From Candidatus Zambryskiibacteriota bacterium (lineage in GTDB: Bacteria; Patescibacteriota; Minisyncoccia; Phycocordibacterales; DATDWN01), in NCBI GenBank assembly GCA_026394775.1, contig JAPLZY010000008.1:53367-117366 (forward strand): a DNA stretch of 64,000 bases. Direction: 5' to 3'. Shown in pieces: positions 11,295 through 21,275 of this stretch (position 1 is its first letter; each line of letters opens with the position of its first letter). The translations under genes and the position numbers were made by a program. The notes below the pieces were generated by a model, which saw only the letters and a list, made by a program, of their open reading frames with translations, made no database searches and was not told the DNA's origin.

Positions 11295-12104
11295 AATTGA
11301 ATTGCTACTTCAAGGAGTAATCCTTGATGAAATAGTGGCTAATAACGGTGAAGTCTTAAGTGTATTCTAGTCTGTTGATAACTATTCTTGTGACGGTCCG
11401 TCATGAGTAGTACAATTTGTTTAGTGATAAACAAGCTTGAAGACCAGAAATAATTAAGATAATACCGTGGGAAGTCGATCTATTATTGATAGAGCATATA
11501 TGCAGGATTTCTCGATGGCGATGGAAGCTTAATGCTTCAAATTAAGAAAAGAGCAGATGGAAAAAGTAAAATTCGTTTTATGGCAACCATTTGTTTCTAT
11601 CAAGATACTCGTCACGAAAAAGAATTGATTTGGATTCAGAAAGTTCTAGGTATCGGATACATCTCGCGCAGAAATGACGGGATGTCTGAGATTAGAATTA
11701 ATGGATTTAAAACAGTTAAAGAAATTCTGGAAGACTTGATACCATATATCAGGTTTAAAAGGATTCAAGCAAAAAGTTTGCTTGAATCGTGCACAATTTT
11801 GTCTTCGACAAAATTTAATATGCTCAATCGTGAACAGCTAACTAAACTTGTTAATCTTGTCTTAGTGATTCAGAATGAAAATTACGTCACTAAGAAGAAG
11901 AAAACACGAAGTGAATTGTTACAGATAATAGGTTTGACCCCGTAACGACTTGTTTGAGTAATGTCAAACAGATTTATGTAGTACTGGAAAGTCTTGTGTA
12001 CTGAAACATGAGACAGGGCTACATTTATAATACGCCAACACCCTCAACCTTTTAAGGTCGGGTGAAGATATAGTCTGTGCTCCTGGTAACAGGGGAATAA
12101 AACG
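11295..12104 (+). mobile_element. Group I intron inside the sarcin-ricin loop (after ~U2656)
   Basis: Splits CCTAGT|ACGAGAGGACC; P1 TAGT|AAT pairs with ATTGCTA (U-G at the junction); GTAACGACT and GAAGATATAGTCT; terminal G. Confidence 0.9.
11467..11945 (+). pseudogene. Single-motif LAGLIDADG endonuclease with a 1-nt frameshift near 11500
   Basis: GTG-GSRSIIDRAY(I) in one frame continues as AGFLDGDGSLMLQIK in the next. Confidence 0.8.
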
Positions 12105-12450
12105 ACGAGAGGACCGGGGTGAACTGACCTCTGGTGTATCTGCTGTCTTGCCAAAGGCATCGCAGAGTAGCTAAGTTGGGAAATGATAAACGCTGAAAGC
12201 ATCTAAGCGTGAAGCATACTTCAAGATAAGGAATCGTTTGAGACCCGTAAGAGATGATTACGTGATAGGCACTCGGTGTACGCACAGCAATGTGTTGAGC
12301 CAAGGTGTACTAATTAGTCGATTCTTATTAGGAAATTTACGAACCACTCCACTTCGGTGTGGAGGTTATACAAAATACATTCATGCTCTGTTATCTGATA
12401 TTAATTTGTCAGAGTTTTTTGGCATAAAAAAGAAAATAAATAATTGAATC

Positions 12451-12586
12451 TTTAGTTCTGGTGATTCGTCGCAGATGGTCCGCCCTACAGGCGCTGTACA
12501 CCTTTTACATTTTGCTATTTATTAAAATCGCAAAATGATCAAGGTCTTGCGCTTGGGTCCCATCCCAAGCTCACCTGTTCTCATTC
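12451..12586 (+). pseudogene. Partial 5S rRNA duplicate interrupted by a ~91-nt hairpin element (12481-12571)
   Basis: TTTAGTTCTGGTGATTCGTCGCA..GGTC and CACCTGTTCTCATTC match the 5' part of the true 5S. Confidence 0.85.
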
Positions 12587-12614
12587 AATTAATACAATCA
12601 GTTGAAAATTTAGT

Positions 12615-12722
12615 TCTGGTGATTCGTCGCAAAGGTCACACCTGTTCTCATTCCGAACACAGTAGTTAAGCTTTGTTGAGGCGATGATACTCCGCAAGGG
12701 GGAAAGTAGCTAGTCGCCAGAA
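12615..12722 (+). rRNA. rrf: 5S rRNA
   Basis: TCTGGTG...CACCTGTTCTCATTCCGAACACAGTAGTTAAG...GGAAAGTAGCTAGTCGCCAGA with paired termini. Confidence 0.95.
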
Positions 12723-12805
12723 CTAAGAATTCAACTTAAAAAAAGACTCACAGAAATGCGGTTTTTTTCTTTTAGTTACTCTTTCTTTTTGGTATGATAA
12801 GAGAT

Positions 12806-14179
12806 ATGGGTTCATGGTCATTTAGACGACAGCTTATGTATCTCGCGCTCCCACTTTTACTTGTATTAGGGGCTTTTGCATATGTTTTTTTTAACTACCT
12901 CTACAAGGCACCTTCATGTAATGACGGCTTAAGAAATGGAGATGAGACTGGGAGAGACTGCGGTGGATCATGCCAGCTTTTGTGTAAAGGAGATGGGTTA
13001 AACCCACTTGTGCGATGGTCTGAATCTTTTTTGGTTGCTGGGTCTTTGTGGAATGCAGGAGCGTATGTTGAAAATCCAAACATTTCTTCATGGGCACCTA
13101 AAGCGACGTACACTTTTTATCTGTATGACGAAAAAAACTTGCTTATCACATCGGTAAGTGGAGAAACAGAGATTCCAAAAAACAAAAAGTTTTTGGTATT
13201 TTATCCGACAATAAATACAAAAGGTAAAACAGTAAAACGTACTGATTTTGAATTTACTTCACCGATACAGTGGGTAAGTACAGACACTGCTTCACCTGAA
13301 CTTAAGGTAACACATGGCTTTATAGAAAAAGAAACTACCGCACCTGTTATTTCAGGAGTTGTAGAAAACACAGAAGCCAAAAGTTCGGGGCCTGTGGAGC
13401 TTTCGGTTATTGTCTATGATGGTCGACAAGATGCTATTGGCATATCTCGCACATATGTAGACGCTATAGCTCCGAGAGAGAAAGCGGTATTTGGCTTTAC
13501 CTGGCCTCGACCATTCAAAGAAACTCAAGCAGTCTGTAGTGTACCTTCAGATGTGCTTTTGGTTCTCGATCGCTCAGGAAGCATGGCAAGTATTTCACGT
13601 AATCCACCAGAGCCTCTGACGAGTGTAAAAAACACAGCGACAAATTTTGTAAGCTCGCTAACTTCAGGAGACCAGGTGGGAGTGGTGTCTTTTGCTAATG
13701 AAGCTTCAAACCCTCTCGACCACAGTCTTTCCTCAAGTATTTCGAGTGTAAAAGAGTCTATTGGTCAGATTTTTATTGCTACCACCTCAGCTCAAAATAC
13801 AAATATTGGAGATGGTTTGACGAAAGCTACAGAAGAGTTGTTGGGTGTTCGTGCGCGTACAGACTCAAAAAAAGTTATCGTGCTTTTGACAGATGGTGAT
13901 CCAACAGATCCAAAAATGTCGGACCAGAGCAACTACCCAACACTCTTTGCAGAAAGATCTGCTCAGGTGGCAAAAGATTCAAAAATAACTTTGTTTACTA
14001 TTGGCCTCGGGTCACTTGTAAATAATGACCTTTTGTCGAGATTAGCTTCTACACCAGCACAATATTTTGAAGCTCCTACGAGTGCAGATCTTGCGAGTAT
14101 CTACAAGAAGATCAGTAAAGATATTTGTACCTTGCGTCCAAATATTATTGAGGTGATCGCTATCCCAAGACAAAGATAA
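12806..14179 (+). CDS. Membrane-anchored vWA-domain protein
   Basis: N-terminal TM, Cys-rich SCNDG.RNGDETG.DCGGSC, MIDAS DRSGSM..T..LTDG. Confidence 0.85.
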   Translation: MGSWSFRRQLMYLALPLLLVLGAFAYVFFNYLYKAPSCNDGLRNGDETGRDCGGSCQLLCKGDGLNPLVRWSESFLVAGSLWNAGAYVENPNISSWAPKATYTFYLYDEKNLLITSVSGETEIPKNKKFLVFYPTINTKGKTVKRTDFEFTSPIQWVSTDTASPELKVTHGFIEKETTAPVISGVVENTEAKSSGPVELSVIVYDGRQDAIGISRTYVDAIAPREKAVFGFTWPRPFKETQAVCSVPSDVLLVLDRSGSMASISRNPPEPLTSVKNTATNFVSSLTSGDQVGVVSFANEASNPLDHSLSSSISSVKESIGQIFIATTSAQNTNIGDGLTKATEELLGVRARTDSKKVIVLLTDGDPTDPKMSDQSNYPTLFAERSAQVAKDSKITLFTIGLGSLVNNDLLSRLASTPAQYFEAPTSADLASIYKKISKDICTLRPNIIEVIAIPRQR

Positions 14180-14183
14180 TTTT

Positions 14184-15314
14184 ATGAAGCGTTTCCTTGC
14201 ACTATTTTCATGTATCGACTGGATAATTACAGGGAGTATTGTTGTTTTGGTGTGTGCAGGTCTTGTAACTATGAATTCATTTGTAGGCACAACCTCTTTT
14301 TTTGATAAACAGGTTGTTTTATTTTTTGTTTCTTTTGGAATTTTTCTTTGTGCAAGTGTCGTGGACTGGAGATTTTTACGGAGAACTCAGGTGGTGATGG
14401 TACTCTATGGTCTTGCGGTGGTATTGCTTGCATCGCTTTTCGTAGTGGGCTCTGTGTTTAAAGGTGCGCAGAGCTGGTTTAGTATCGGAGGGTTCACGTT
14501 TCAGCCTGTTGACAGTGCCAAACTTGCGGTGATTTTGCTACTGTCAAAATATTTTTCTAGACGACATGTCGAGATTGCGCATATCCGACATATTATCGTC
14601 TCAGGTATGTATGTCGGCATAATCTTTCTTCTTGTGTTTTTACAACCAGACTTTGGTTCAGCTATTATTATTTTTGCTACCTGGCTCGGCATGGTCTTGG
14701 TGTCAGGTATTTCTAAAAAACATCTTGCTTTTGTAGCAATACTCGGAGTCTGTATGTTTGGCTTTTTATGGCTTTTTATATTTAGACCGTATCAAAAAGC
14801 GCGTATCATGACTTTTGTAAATCCGCTGACTGATATTCGTGGTTCGGGATATAACGCATATCAGTCGGTGATCGCGGTGGGTTCAGGAGAAATATTTGGT
14901 AAGGGTATTGGATACGGTACTCAAAGCAAGCTTCAGTTTTTACCAGAGTACCAAACAGACTTTATTTTTGCCGCATTCGCCGAAGAGTGGGGTTTTGCTG
15001 GAGTAATTATTCTTCTTGTTTTATACACTATCGTATTTACACGAATGCTTCGTATTGCTGCTCGAGGAGAATCCAATTTTGAAGTGTTGTTCGGTACTGG
15101 ACTCACTATTTTATTTATGACACATGCCACAATTCATATTGGTATGAATATAGGACTGCTTCCTGTGACAGGAAACACCTTGCCGTTTATGAGCTACGGC
15201 GGGTCACATTTACTCAATGAGTTTCTCGCACTTGGGATCTTGATGGGGATGAACAAGTACAGTCGCGCGGTACATAAGGATTTGGCTCAAAATGAGATTC
15301 TTGGCATTAACTAA
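14184..15314 (+). CDS. rodA: SEDS family rod shape-determining protein RodA
   Basis: GAQSWF..G.FTFQP, LQPDFGSA, GSG..FGKG, LPEYQTDFIF, LPFMSYGGS. Confidence 0.9.
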   Translation: MKRFLALFSCIDWIITGSIVVLVCAGLVTMNSFVGTTSFFDKQVVLFFVSFGIFLCASVVDWRFLRRTQVVMVLYGLAVVLLASLFVVGSVFKGAQSWFSIGGFTFQPVDSAKLAVILLLSKYFSRRHVEIAHIRHIIVSGMYVGIIFLLVFLQPDFGSAIIIFATWLGMVLVSGISKKHLAFVAILGVCMFGFLWLFIFRPYQKARIMTFVNPLTDIRGSGYNAYQSVIAVGSGEIFGKGIGYGTQSKLQFLPEYQTDFIFAAFAEEWGFAGVIILLVLYTIVFTRMLRIAARGESNFEVLFGTGLTILFMTHATIHIGMNIGLLPVTGNTLPFMSYGGSHLLNEFLALGILMGMNKYSRAVHKDLAQNEILGIN

Positions 15315-16453
15315 AAATCACCATTGTATACATGTATTGTTTGAGCGATCTGTTGTTGGAGTGAAAAATTCTTCTCTATTTTTTGCTTTAATTTTAGACC
15401 ATACTCGGTGCGTTTTTGTTGTTGTGAGAGAAGGTGTTCGAGACCTTGTTGCATGGAGTCACTACGGGGTCTTACAAGAACTCCGTTGACTCCGTTGTCT
15501 ATTATCTCCGAGATCCCTCCAACTCTTGTGGCGAGTACTGGTAGCTCAGAGAGCCCAGCTTCAAGGAGGGTGTAGGGGAGTGCTTCGGTGCGCGAAGTGA
15601 GAGTAAAAATATCAAAAGCTTTAAGATATTTTTTTGCGTCAGGAATATTTCCAAGAAGGTATATTTTTGTTTCAAGGTTTAGTGTGCGTATAAGACTTTC
15701 AAGTTCTAGCTTTTTTTCGCCACCACCAATGATTAAAAAAATAAATGGAGTGGCGATGTGTGAAAGTGCGTGGATAGCGAGGTCGAGACCTTTGTTTGTG
15801 TGAAGTTCGGAGATAGTACCGATCCAGTGTGTACCTGGGTCTTCGTGTAGTCCAATAGTTGAGCGTATTTTTGTTCGAGCATCTTCTTTTGTATAGAGTT
15901 CAAATGGACTTATGCCGTTGTAAATAACGCATGTTTTGTCGCCTACCAAGCTGAGCCCTGCCATGTCATTTTTGGTTTTTTTGGAAACACAGATGGTTCG
16001 GTCAGAGAGTAGTATTGTTTTCCAATGTAAAAGCAAAAAGAATTTTCGGATAATCCATGGACGATCTTCGTTTGATGCCCATGCATGTCCAGTAAAAATA
16101 ATACGAGGTACACGCGCAATACGTCCAGCAAGTGCTCCCAAGAGTCCTGCTTTTGAGCTATTGGTATGAAGTACATCTGGCTTAAGCTTCTTGAGTTTTT
16201 TGATGAGTGCAAAAAAAGCACGTATTTCAGAAACAGGGTTTATGTCTCGTCCTAAATAGGGAATTGTCTCAGTCCATATACCCGAAGCTTCGAGGCGCTC
16301 CTTGAGCTCTCCATCGCCTCCCATAAGGACGATAGACTCAAACTCGGCCTTTGGAAGGTTGGTGGCGAGGGTAAAGACGTAGTTTTGGGCACCTCCGTAG
16401 GGAGAGCCTTTGGTTATCAGATGCACTACTCTCTTTGCTTTTTTGTCTTGCAT
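15311..16453 (-). CDS. GT4 glycosyltransferase
   Basis: GGAQ, HTNSSKAG, EALPYTLLEAG. Confidence 0.9.
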   Translation of the reverse strand: MQDKKAKRVVHLITKGSPYGGAQNYVFTLATNLPKAEFESIVLMGGDGELKERLEASGIWTETIPYLGRDINPVSEIRAFFALIKKLKKLKPDVLHTNSSKAGLLGALAGRIARVPRIIFTGHAWASNEDRPWIIRKFFLLLHWKTILLSDRTICVSKKTKNDMAGLSLVGDKTCVIYNGISPFELYTKEDARTKIRSTIGLHEDPGTHWIGTISELHTNKGLDLAIHALSHIATPFIFLIIGGGEKKLELESLIRTLNLETKIYLLGNIPDAKKYLKAFDIFTLTSRTEALPYTLLEAGLSELPVLATRVGGISEIIDNGVNGVLVRPRSDSMQQGLEHLLSQQQKRTEYGLKLKQKIEKNFSLQQQIAQTIHVYNGDF

Positions 16454-16488
16454 ATGGCGATATTGTAGCATATTATACTAACTATATT

Positions 16489-17838
16489 ATGACTATTTCA
16501 AATAAAAGAGAGGTGTTTCTTCTTTTTTTCGGTGATGTGTTTTTTTACGTTTTTTCATTATGGCTCGCTCTCTCTGTGCGTATTGGAGATACCCCTTCAC
16601 TTGCGCTTTATTTCCAGCATCTCTTGCCATTTGGTATTCTTTTTTTTATCTGGTTTTTGGTCTACTACATTGCCGGACTTTATGAAAAACACACCCTCAT
16701 CATTACGTCGCAACTGCCGAGTATTATTTTTAATGCCCAAATCGCAAATTCAGTATTAGCTGTCGTATTTTTCTATGCTTTTCCGCAGTTTGGTATCACT
16801 CCTAAAACAATCCTTCTGTTGTTTGTGGTAATCTCTTTTATTCTTGGAGTTTTCTGGAGGGTGTACGGTGTAAAGATTTTTGGTTCTAAAGAAAAAGAGC
16901 AGGTTCTTTTGATCGGCTCAGGTAAAGAAATGAAAGAACTTTTTGAAGAAGTAAATCATAAAGGGAGATATGCGGTTGAATTTGTTTCCTCAATCAATGT
17001 TGATGATGTAGGAGAACTCAATATTCAAGAAGATATCGTTCAGGCGATCTACAAAAACAATGTGAAGCTCGTCGCGATTGATTTTTCAAGCGAAAAAGTA
17101 AGGCCGCTTTTGCCACATCTCTATAACCTCATGTATTCAAAAATTCACTTCATTGATTCTCATAAGATCTACGAAGATGTGTTTAACCGTATTCCACTTT
17201 CTCTTGTGACCTACAGCTGGTTTCTTGAAAATATTTCTGTTTCGCCAAAGTTTACGTACGACTTTTTGAAACGTGTTTTTGATATTGTTCTTTCCTTTAT
17301 TCTCGGAGTTGTTTCTTTGATTGTGTATCCGTTTGTAATGCTTCTGATTAAACTCGATGATGGGGGAAAGTATTTCATTTCTCAAGAAAGAGTGGGGCAC
17401 AATAACAAACTGGTGAGGATTATTAAATTCCGAACCATGTCAGTGGATGACAGTGGAGAAGGCTCGGGCGACCGTCATATGAAAGTTACACGAGTAGGGC
17501 GCTTCTTACGTGCCAGCCGTATCGACGAGTTACCACAGTTGTGGAATGTTTTCTTCGGGGATATTTCTCTTATTGGTCCACGTCCAGAGCTCCCAAACCT
17601 CGTTAAACTCTACGAAAAAGAAATCAGCTTTTACACCGTCCGTCACCTGATCAAACCAGGGCTCTCAGGCTGGGCACAGCTCTACCAAAAAGACCCACCA
17701 AAGTTTGGTACCGACGTAGACCTTACAAAAACAAAGCTTTCCTACGACCTCTTCTATATAAAAAATCGCTCATTCTGGCTGGATATTAAAATCGCCCTAA
17801 AAACTGTAAAAACCCTCCTGTCACGAAGTGGGGTTTGA
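16489..17838 (+). CDS. Polyprenyl glycosylphosphotransferase (bacterial sugar transferase, WcaJ-like)
   Basis: KRVFD, KFRTM, RIDELPQLWNV..GD.SLIGPRPE, KPGLSGWAQ. Confidence 0.92.
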   Translation: MTISNKREVFLLFFGDVFFYVFSLWLALSVRIGDTPSLALYFQHLLPFGILFFIWFLVYYIAGLYEKHTLIITSQLPSIIFNAQIANSVLAVVFFYAFPQFGITPKTILLLFVVISFILGVFWRVYGVKIFGSKEKEQVLLIGSGKEMKELFEEVNHKGRYAVEFVSSINVDDVGELNIQEDIVQAIYKNNVKLVAIDFSSEKVRPLLPHLYNLMYSKIHFIDSHKIYEDVFNRIPLSLVTYSWFLENISVSPKFTYDFLKRVFDIVLSFILGVVSLIVYPFVMLLIKLDDGGKYFISQERVGHNNKLVRIIKFRTMSVDDSGEGSGDRHMKVTRVGRFLRASRIDELPQLWNVFFGDISLIGPRPELPNLVKLYEKEISFYTVRHLIKPGLSGWAQLYQKDPPKFGTDVDLTKTKLSYDLFYIKNRSFWLDIKIALKTVKTLLSRSGV

Positions 17839-17878
17839 CGATATTACTTTTTAGTGTTATATTCGTAATAGGAGGAGA

Positions 17879-18091
17879 GTGATGGATGCTAACACTCTAA
17901 TTGCAGGAAGTGAACTCCCTGCACGGATAAGAAATCTTTGCAGGGATTATCCCTATTTAGGTAAAACCTTTGGGGACCTTGCAACCTATAAGTCCTATGA
18001 GCTCCGCCGATGGCGTCATGTCGGAGAAGGGATTGTTGAGGAGACAAAAGTTGTCCTCAAAAAGGCAGGTCTCGAATTTACCGACAACTAA
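17879..18091 (+). CDS. Small protein resembling a stand-alone RNA polymerase alpha C-terminal domain
   Basis: EL.AR..N.....T.GDL......EL.....G....EE....L...GL.F pattern; own promoter, SD and terminator. Confidence 0.6.
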   Translation: MMDANTLIAGSELPARIRNLCRDYPYLGKTFGDLATYKSYELRRWRHVGEGIVEETKVVLKKAGLEFTDN

Positions 18092-18095
18092 AAAG

Positions 18096-18127
18096 AAGGA
18101 CTGGAAGCATAATGTTTCCAGTCCTTT
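18096..18127 (+). terminator. Intrinsic terminator
   Basis: AAGGACTGGAAGCAT-A-ATGTTTCCAGTCCTTT. Confidence 0.7.
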
Positions 18128-18168
18128 AAATTATTAAAATCTTCTCTCAGTAAAAGTCCTTATAAATA

Positions 18169-18195
18169 TTTCCCCAAGGCCGGGCCTTGGGGAAA
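18169..18195. repeat. REP-like palindrome upstream of the RAYT gene
   Basis: TTTCCCCAAGGC-CGG-GCCTTGGGGAAA. Confidence 0.75.
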
Positions 18196-18223
18196 GTACC
18201 TGCTTGGTTTATCATATTAGAAT

Positions 18224-18886
18224 ATGACGACCAGAAAAGAAAATTTTGCTGAAGGAGAGTATTATCATATCTATAATCGAGGTAATAGTAAGCAAATTAT
18301 TTTTCTTGATGATCAAGATAGGGATAGGTTTGTGAAGTTACTTTATCTTTGTAACTCAGGAAAAAATATAAATTTTAGGGATGACATTACTGAAAGGGGA
18401 ATTGACGCTTTTGACTTTGACAGAGGAGAGCAAATCGTTTCTATCGGAGCTTGGGTTTTAATGCCTAATCATTTCCATATCTACATCACCCCTAGGCGAG
18501 GCCTAGGGGTAGAAGATGATAATTTTCTTGCGAATTTTATTCATAAGCTTTGCACGAGTTATTCTATGTATTTTAATAGAAAGTATAAGAGAACAGGGAA
18601 GTTATTTGAGGGAGTTTTTAAATCGACTCATGTTGAAAGTGATGAACAGGCAAAGTATAACTGTTCTTATATTCATCTTAATCCTGTTAAATTGATTGAT
18701 TCGCTTTGGAGAGAAAATGGAATACAGGATATTAAAAAAGCACTAGAATTTTTAGATACTTATAAGTGGAGCAGTTATCTGGATTATAAAGGGACAAAGA
18801 GGTCTGAAAATAAGATTATTTTCCCAGAGGATTTTCCTGATTATTTTTCTGACAAAAAAGTTTTTGAGGAAGAGATTTTTGAATAG
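18224..18886 (+). mobile_element. REP-associated tyrosine transposase (RAYT, Y1/HUH family)
   Basis: YYHIYNRG, LMPNHFH (HUH), YFN.KY.RTG.LF, YIHLNP, WSSY; flanked by palindromes. Confidence 0.9.
18488..18510. repeat. REP-like palindrome inside the RAYT coding sequence
   Basis: ACCCCTAGGC-GAG-GCCTAGGGGT, read as TPRRGLGV. Confidence 0.7.
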
Positions 18887-18911
18887 TTAAATTATGGTAA
18901 TAGGTAAAAGG

Positions 18912-18937
18912 TTCCACCAAGGGGTACCCTTGGGGAA
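18912..18937. repeat. REP-like palindrome downstream of the RAYT gene
   Basis: TTCCACCAAGGGGTACCCTTGGGGAA. Confidence 0.7.
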
Positions 18938-18990
18938 AAATAATACGGCGACATTGCATTTCCCCTCAAAATCCCTATAATAAGCCGCAT

Positions 18991-20337
18991 ATGTTTAAAT
19001 ATCGCATTTGGTCTGTTTTCCTTATTATTATAATCGCAGGACTCGGTTTTTTTGCTTACGACTCACAGGTTAATCCTAAGTCATATTTTGCTAAATATAA
19101 GTTTACACTTGGTCTCGACTTAAACGGTGGAACAGAGCTGGTCTATCGAGCAGATGTTTCGAAAATTCCAGCATCAGAAATCGGAGGTGCTATGTCTTCT
19201 CTTCGAGACGTGATCGAACGACGCGTCAATGTGTTTGGTGTGTCAGAGCCAATCATCCAGGTGGAAGAAGCAGGGCTTGTGTCAGGTCAAAAAGACCATC
19301 GACTTATCGTTGAGCTCCCAGGGGTGGCTGATGTAGAACAAGCAATCAAACTTTTGGGCGAGACTCCTCGTCTTGAATTTATGCTCCTTCGTCCTGAAGC
19401 AAAAGGACTCACCGAAGCTGAGCTTGCAACAAAAACAGTAGATGAGGTCTTTATGCCGACAGGTATCACTGGGGCACTCCTTTCAAAAGCAACTCTTGAA
19501 TTTTCTCAATCAAACCAAGGTATTGCAGGGAAGCCGACTGTAGGTCTTTCATTTAATGCTGAAGGGCGAGACTTGTTTGCAAAAGTAACACGAGAAAATA
19601 AAGGACAAGTACTTGCGATCTTTCTTGATGGAAGTGTGATTTCAAGCCCTGTTATCAATGAAGAAATTTCAGATGGGAAAGCAGTGATCTCTGGATCATT
19701 TACCCGAGAAGAAGCAAAAGCGCTCGTGCGAAACCTCAACTACGGAGCACTTCCTGTACCGATCGAACTTCTTTCAACTCAAACAGTTGGCCCATCACTT
19801 GGAGTAAATGCACAGCAGGCTGGCGTAAAAGCTGGTGTTGTAGGGTTTATAATCCTCACGCTTTTCCTTGTACTTTATTACCGACTCCCAGGGTTTGTAT
19901 CAGTAGTATCGCTCCTTATGTATATTGTAGTATCTCTACTTCTCTTCAAACTGATTCCTGTAACACTCACTGCAGCAGGTATTGCAGGGTTTATTCTTTC
20001 TATTGGTATGGCAGTGGATGCCAACGTGCTTATCTTTGAGCGATTTAAAGAAGAGCTTAAGAAAGGAAATACTATCAGCGATGCGATGACTCTCGGTTTC
20101 TCTCGTGCGTGGCTTTCAATCCGAGACTCAAACATATCTTCAATGATTACTGCCGGAGTGCTCTTCTGGCTTGGAACATCTGCAGTAAAAGGATTTGCAC
20201 TTACTTTTGGTATCGGTGTGCTCGTCTCAATGTTTACCGCAATCACTGTCTCTCGAACATTCCTTGCTACAATCAGCCCAAAGACAGACTCAGGTTTCAA
20301 AAGATTTCTTTTTAGTAATGGCTTTCATATCCGGTAA
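18991..20337 (+). CDS. secD: Protein translocase subunit SecD
   Basis: LGLDLNGG, RRVN.FGVSEP, GMAVDANVLIFER.KEE. Confidence 0.97.
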   Translation: MFKYRIWSVFLIIIIAGLGFFAYDSQVNPKSYFAKYKFTLGLDLNGGTELVYRADVSKIPASEIGGAMSSLRDVIERRVNVFGVSEPIIQVEEAGLVSGQKDHRLIVELPGVADVEQAIKLLGETPRLEFMLLRPEAKGLTEAELATKTVDEVFMPTGITGALLSKATLEFSQSNQGIAGKPTVGLSFNAEGRDLFAKVTRENKGQVLAIFLDGSVISSPVINEEISDGKAVISGSFTREEAKALVRNLNYGALPVPIELLSTQTVGPSLGVNAQQAGVKAGVVGFIILTLFLVLYYRLPGFVSVVSLLMYIVVSLLLFKLIPVTLTAAGIAGFILSIGMAVDANVLIFERFKEELKKGNTISDAMTLGFSRAWLSIRDSNISSMITAGVLFWLGTSAVKGFALTFGIGVLVSMFTAITVSRTFLATISPKTDSGFKRFLFSNGFHIR

Positions 20338-20366
20338 TATAAAATTTTAAAATAAAATTAAATACC

Positions 20367-21275
20367 ATGACTATCGTTAAATACAGAATTATATTTTTTA
20401 TCCTTTCACTTCTTCTCATCGCAGGGTCTTTTGGGGTGATTGCAAAGTATGGTCTTAACTATGGTATTGATTTCAAAGGGGGATCAATTCTTGGGGTGAC
20501 CTATGTTGATGTAGAAGGTTCAGTAACCCCGACACTCACTGAAGTGAAAACTATTCTTGCTGACACAGGTCTTTCAAATACACTTGTATCTCCACGAGGG
20601 GACAAAGGATATGTGATCAAAATGAGAGAGCTTTCTTCTGAAGAAAAAAATGCAACTCTTCGAGCACTTACTTTAGCGGGTAGTAATCCTGTGACAGTAG
20701 AAAAGTTTAATGCTATTGGGCCAGTGGTGGGAGATGAGCTTCGTTCAAAAGCTTATGTTGCGATCGTTGTAGTGCTCTTCTGTATTATCCTCTTTATTCT
20801 TTTTGCATTCCGAAAAGTAAAGAATCCATTAAACTACGGTATTGCAACTATTGTCGCACTTGCTCATGATGTGATTATTCCAACAGGTATTTATGTACTC
20901 TGGTCACAACATACTGGAGCAGAGATTGACTTGCTGTTCGTATCAGCGCTCCTCGCTATCCTTGGATACTCTGTGCATGACACTATCGTGGTGTTTGACC
21001 GAGTGCGAGAAAATGCCCTAAAGAATGCTGGAGTAAAAAATGGTCTTTCATTTGAAGAGGTGGTAGGTAAATCGGTAACAGAAACAATGGCACGATCTAT
21101 CAACACGTCACTGACAACAGCGATCACACTTCTTGCATTGTATTTTGTTGGAGGTTCATCAACACAAAACTTCGCATTTATTCTCCTTATGGGAATTATT
21201 GTTGGAACATACTCATCTATCTTTATTGCGAGTCCACTTCTTGTGACTCTTGAAGGTTGGAGAAAGAAAAAATAG
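20367..21275 (+). CDS. secF: Protein translocase subunit SecF
   Basis: GIDFKGG, GYSVHDTIVVFDRVRE, RSINTS, GTYSSIFIA. Confidence 0.97.
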   Translation: MTIVKYRIIFFILSLLLIAGSFGVIAKYGLNYGIDFKGGSILGVTYVDVEGSVTPTLTEVKTILADTGLSNTLVSPRGDKGYVIKMRELSSEEKNATLRALTLAGSNPVTVEKFNAIGPVVGDELRSKAYVAIVVVLFCIILFILFAFRKVKNPLNYGIATIVALAHDVIIPTGIYVLWSQHTGAEIDLLFVSALLAILGYSVHDTIVVFDRVRENALKNAGVKNGLSFEEVVGKSVTETMARSINTSLTTAITLLALYFVGGSSTQNFAFILLMGIIVGTYSSIFIASPLLVTLEGWRKKK

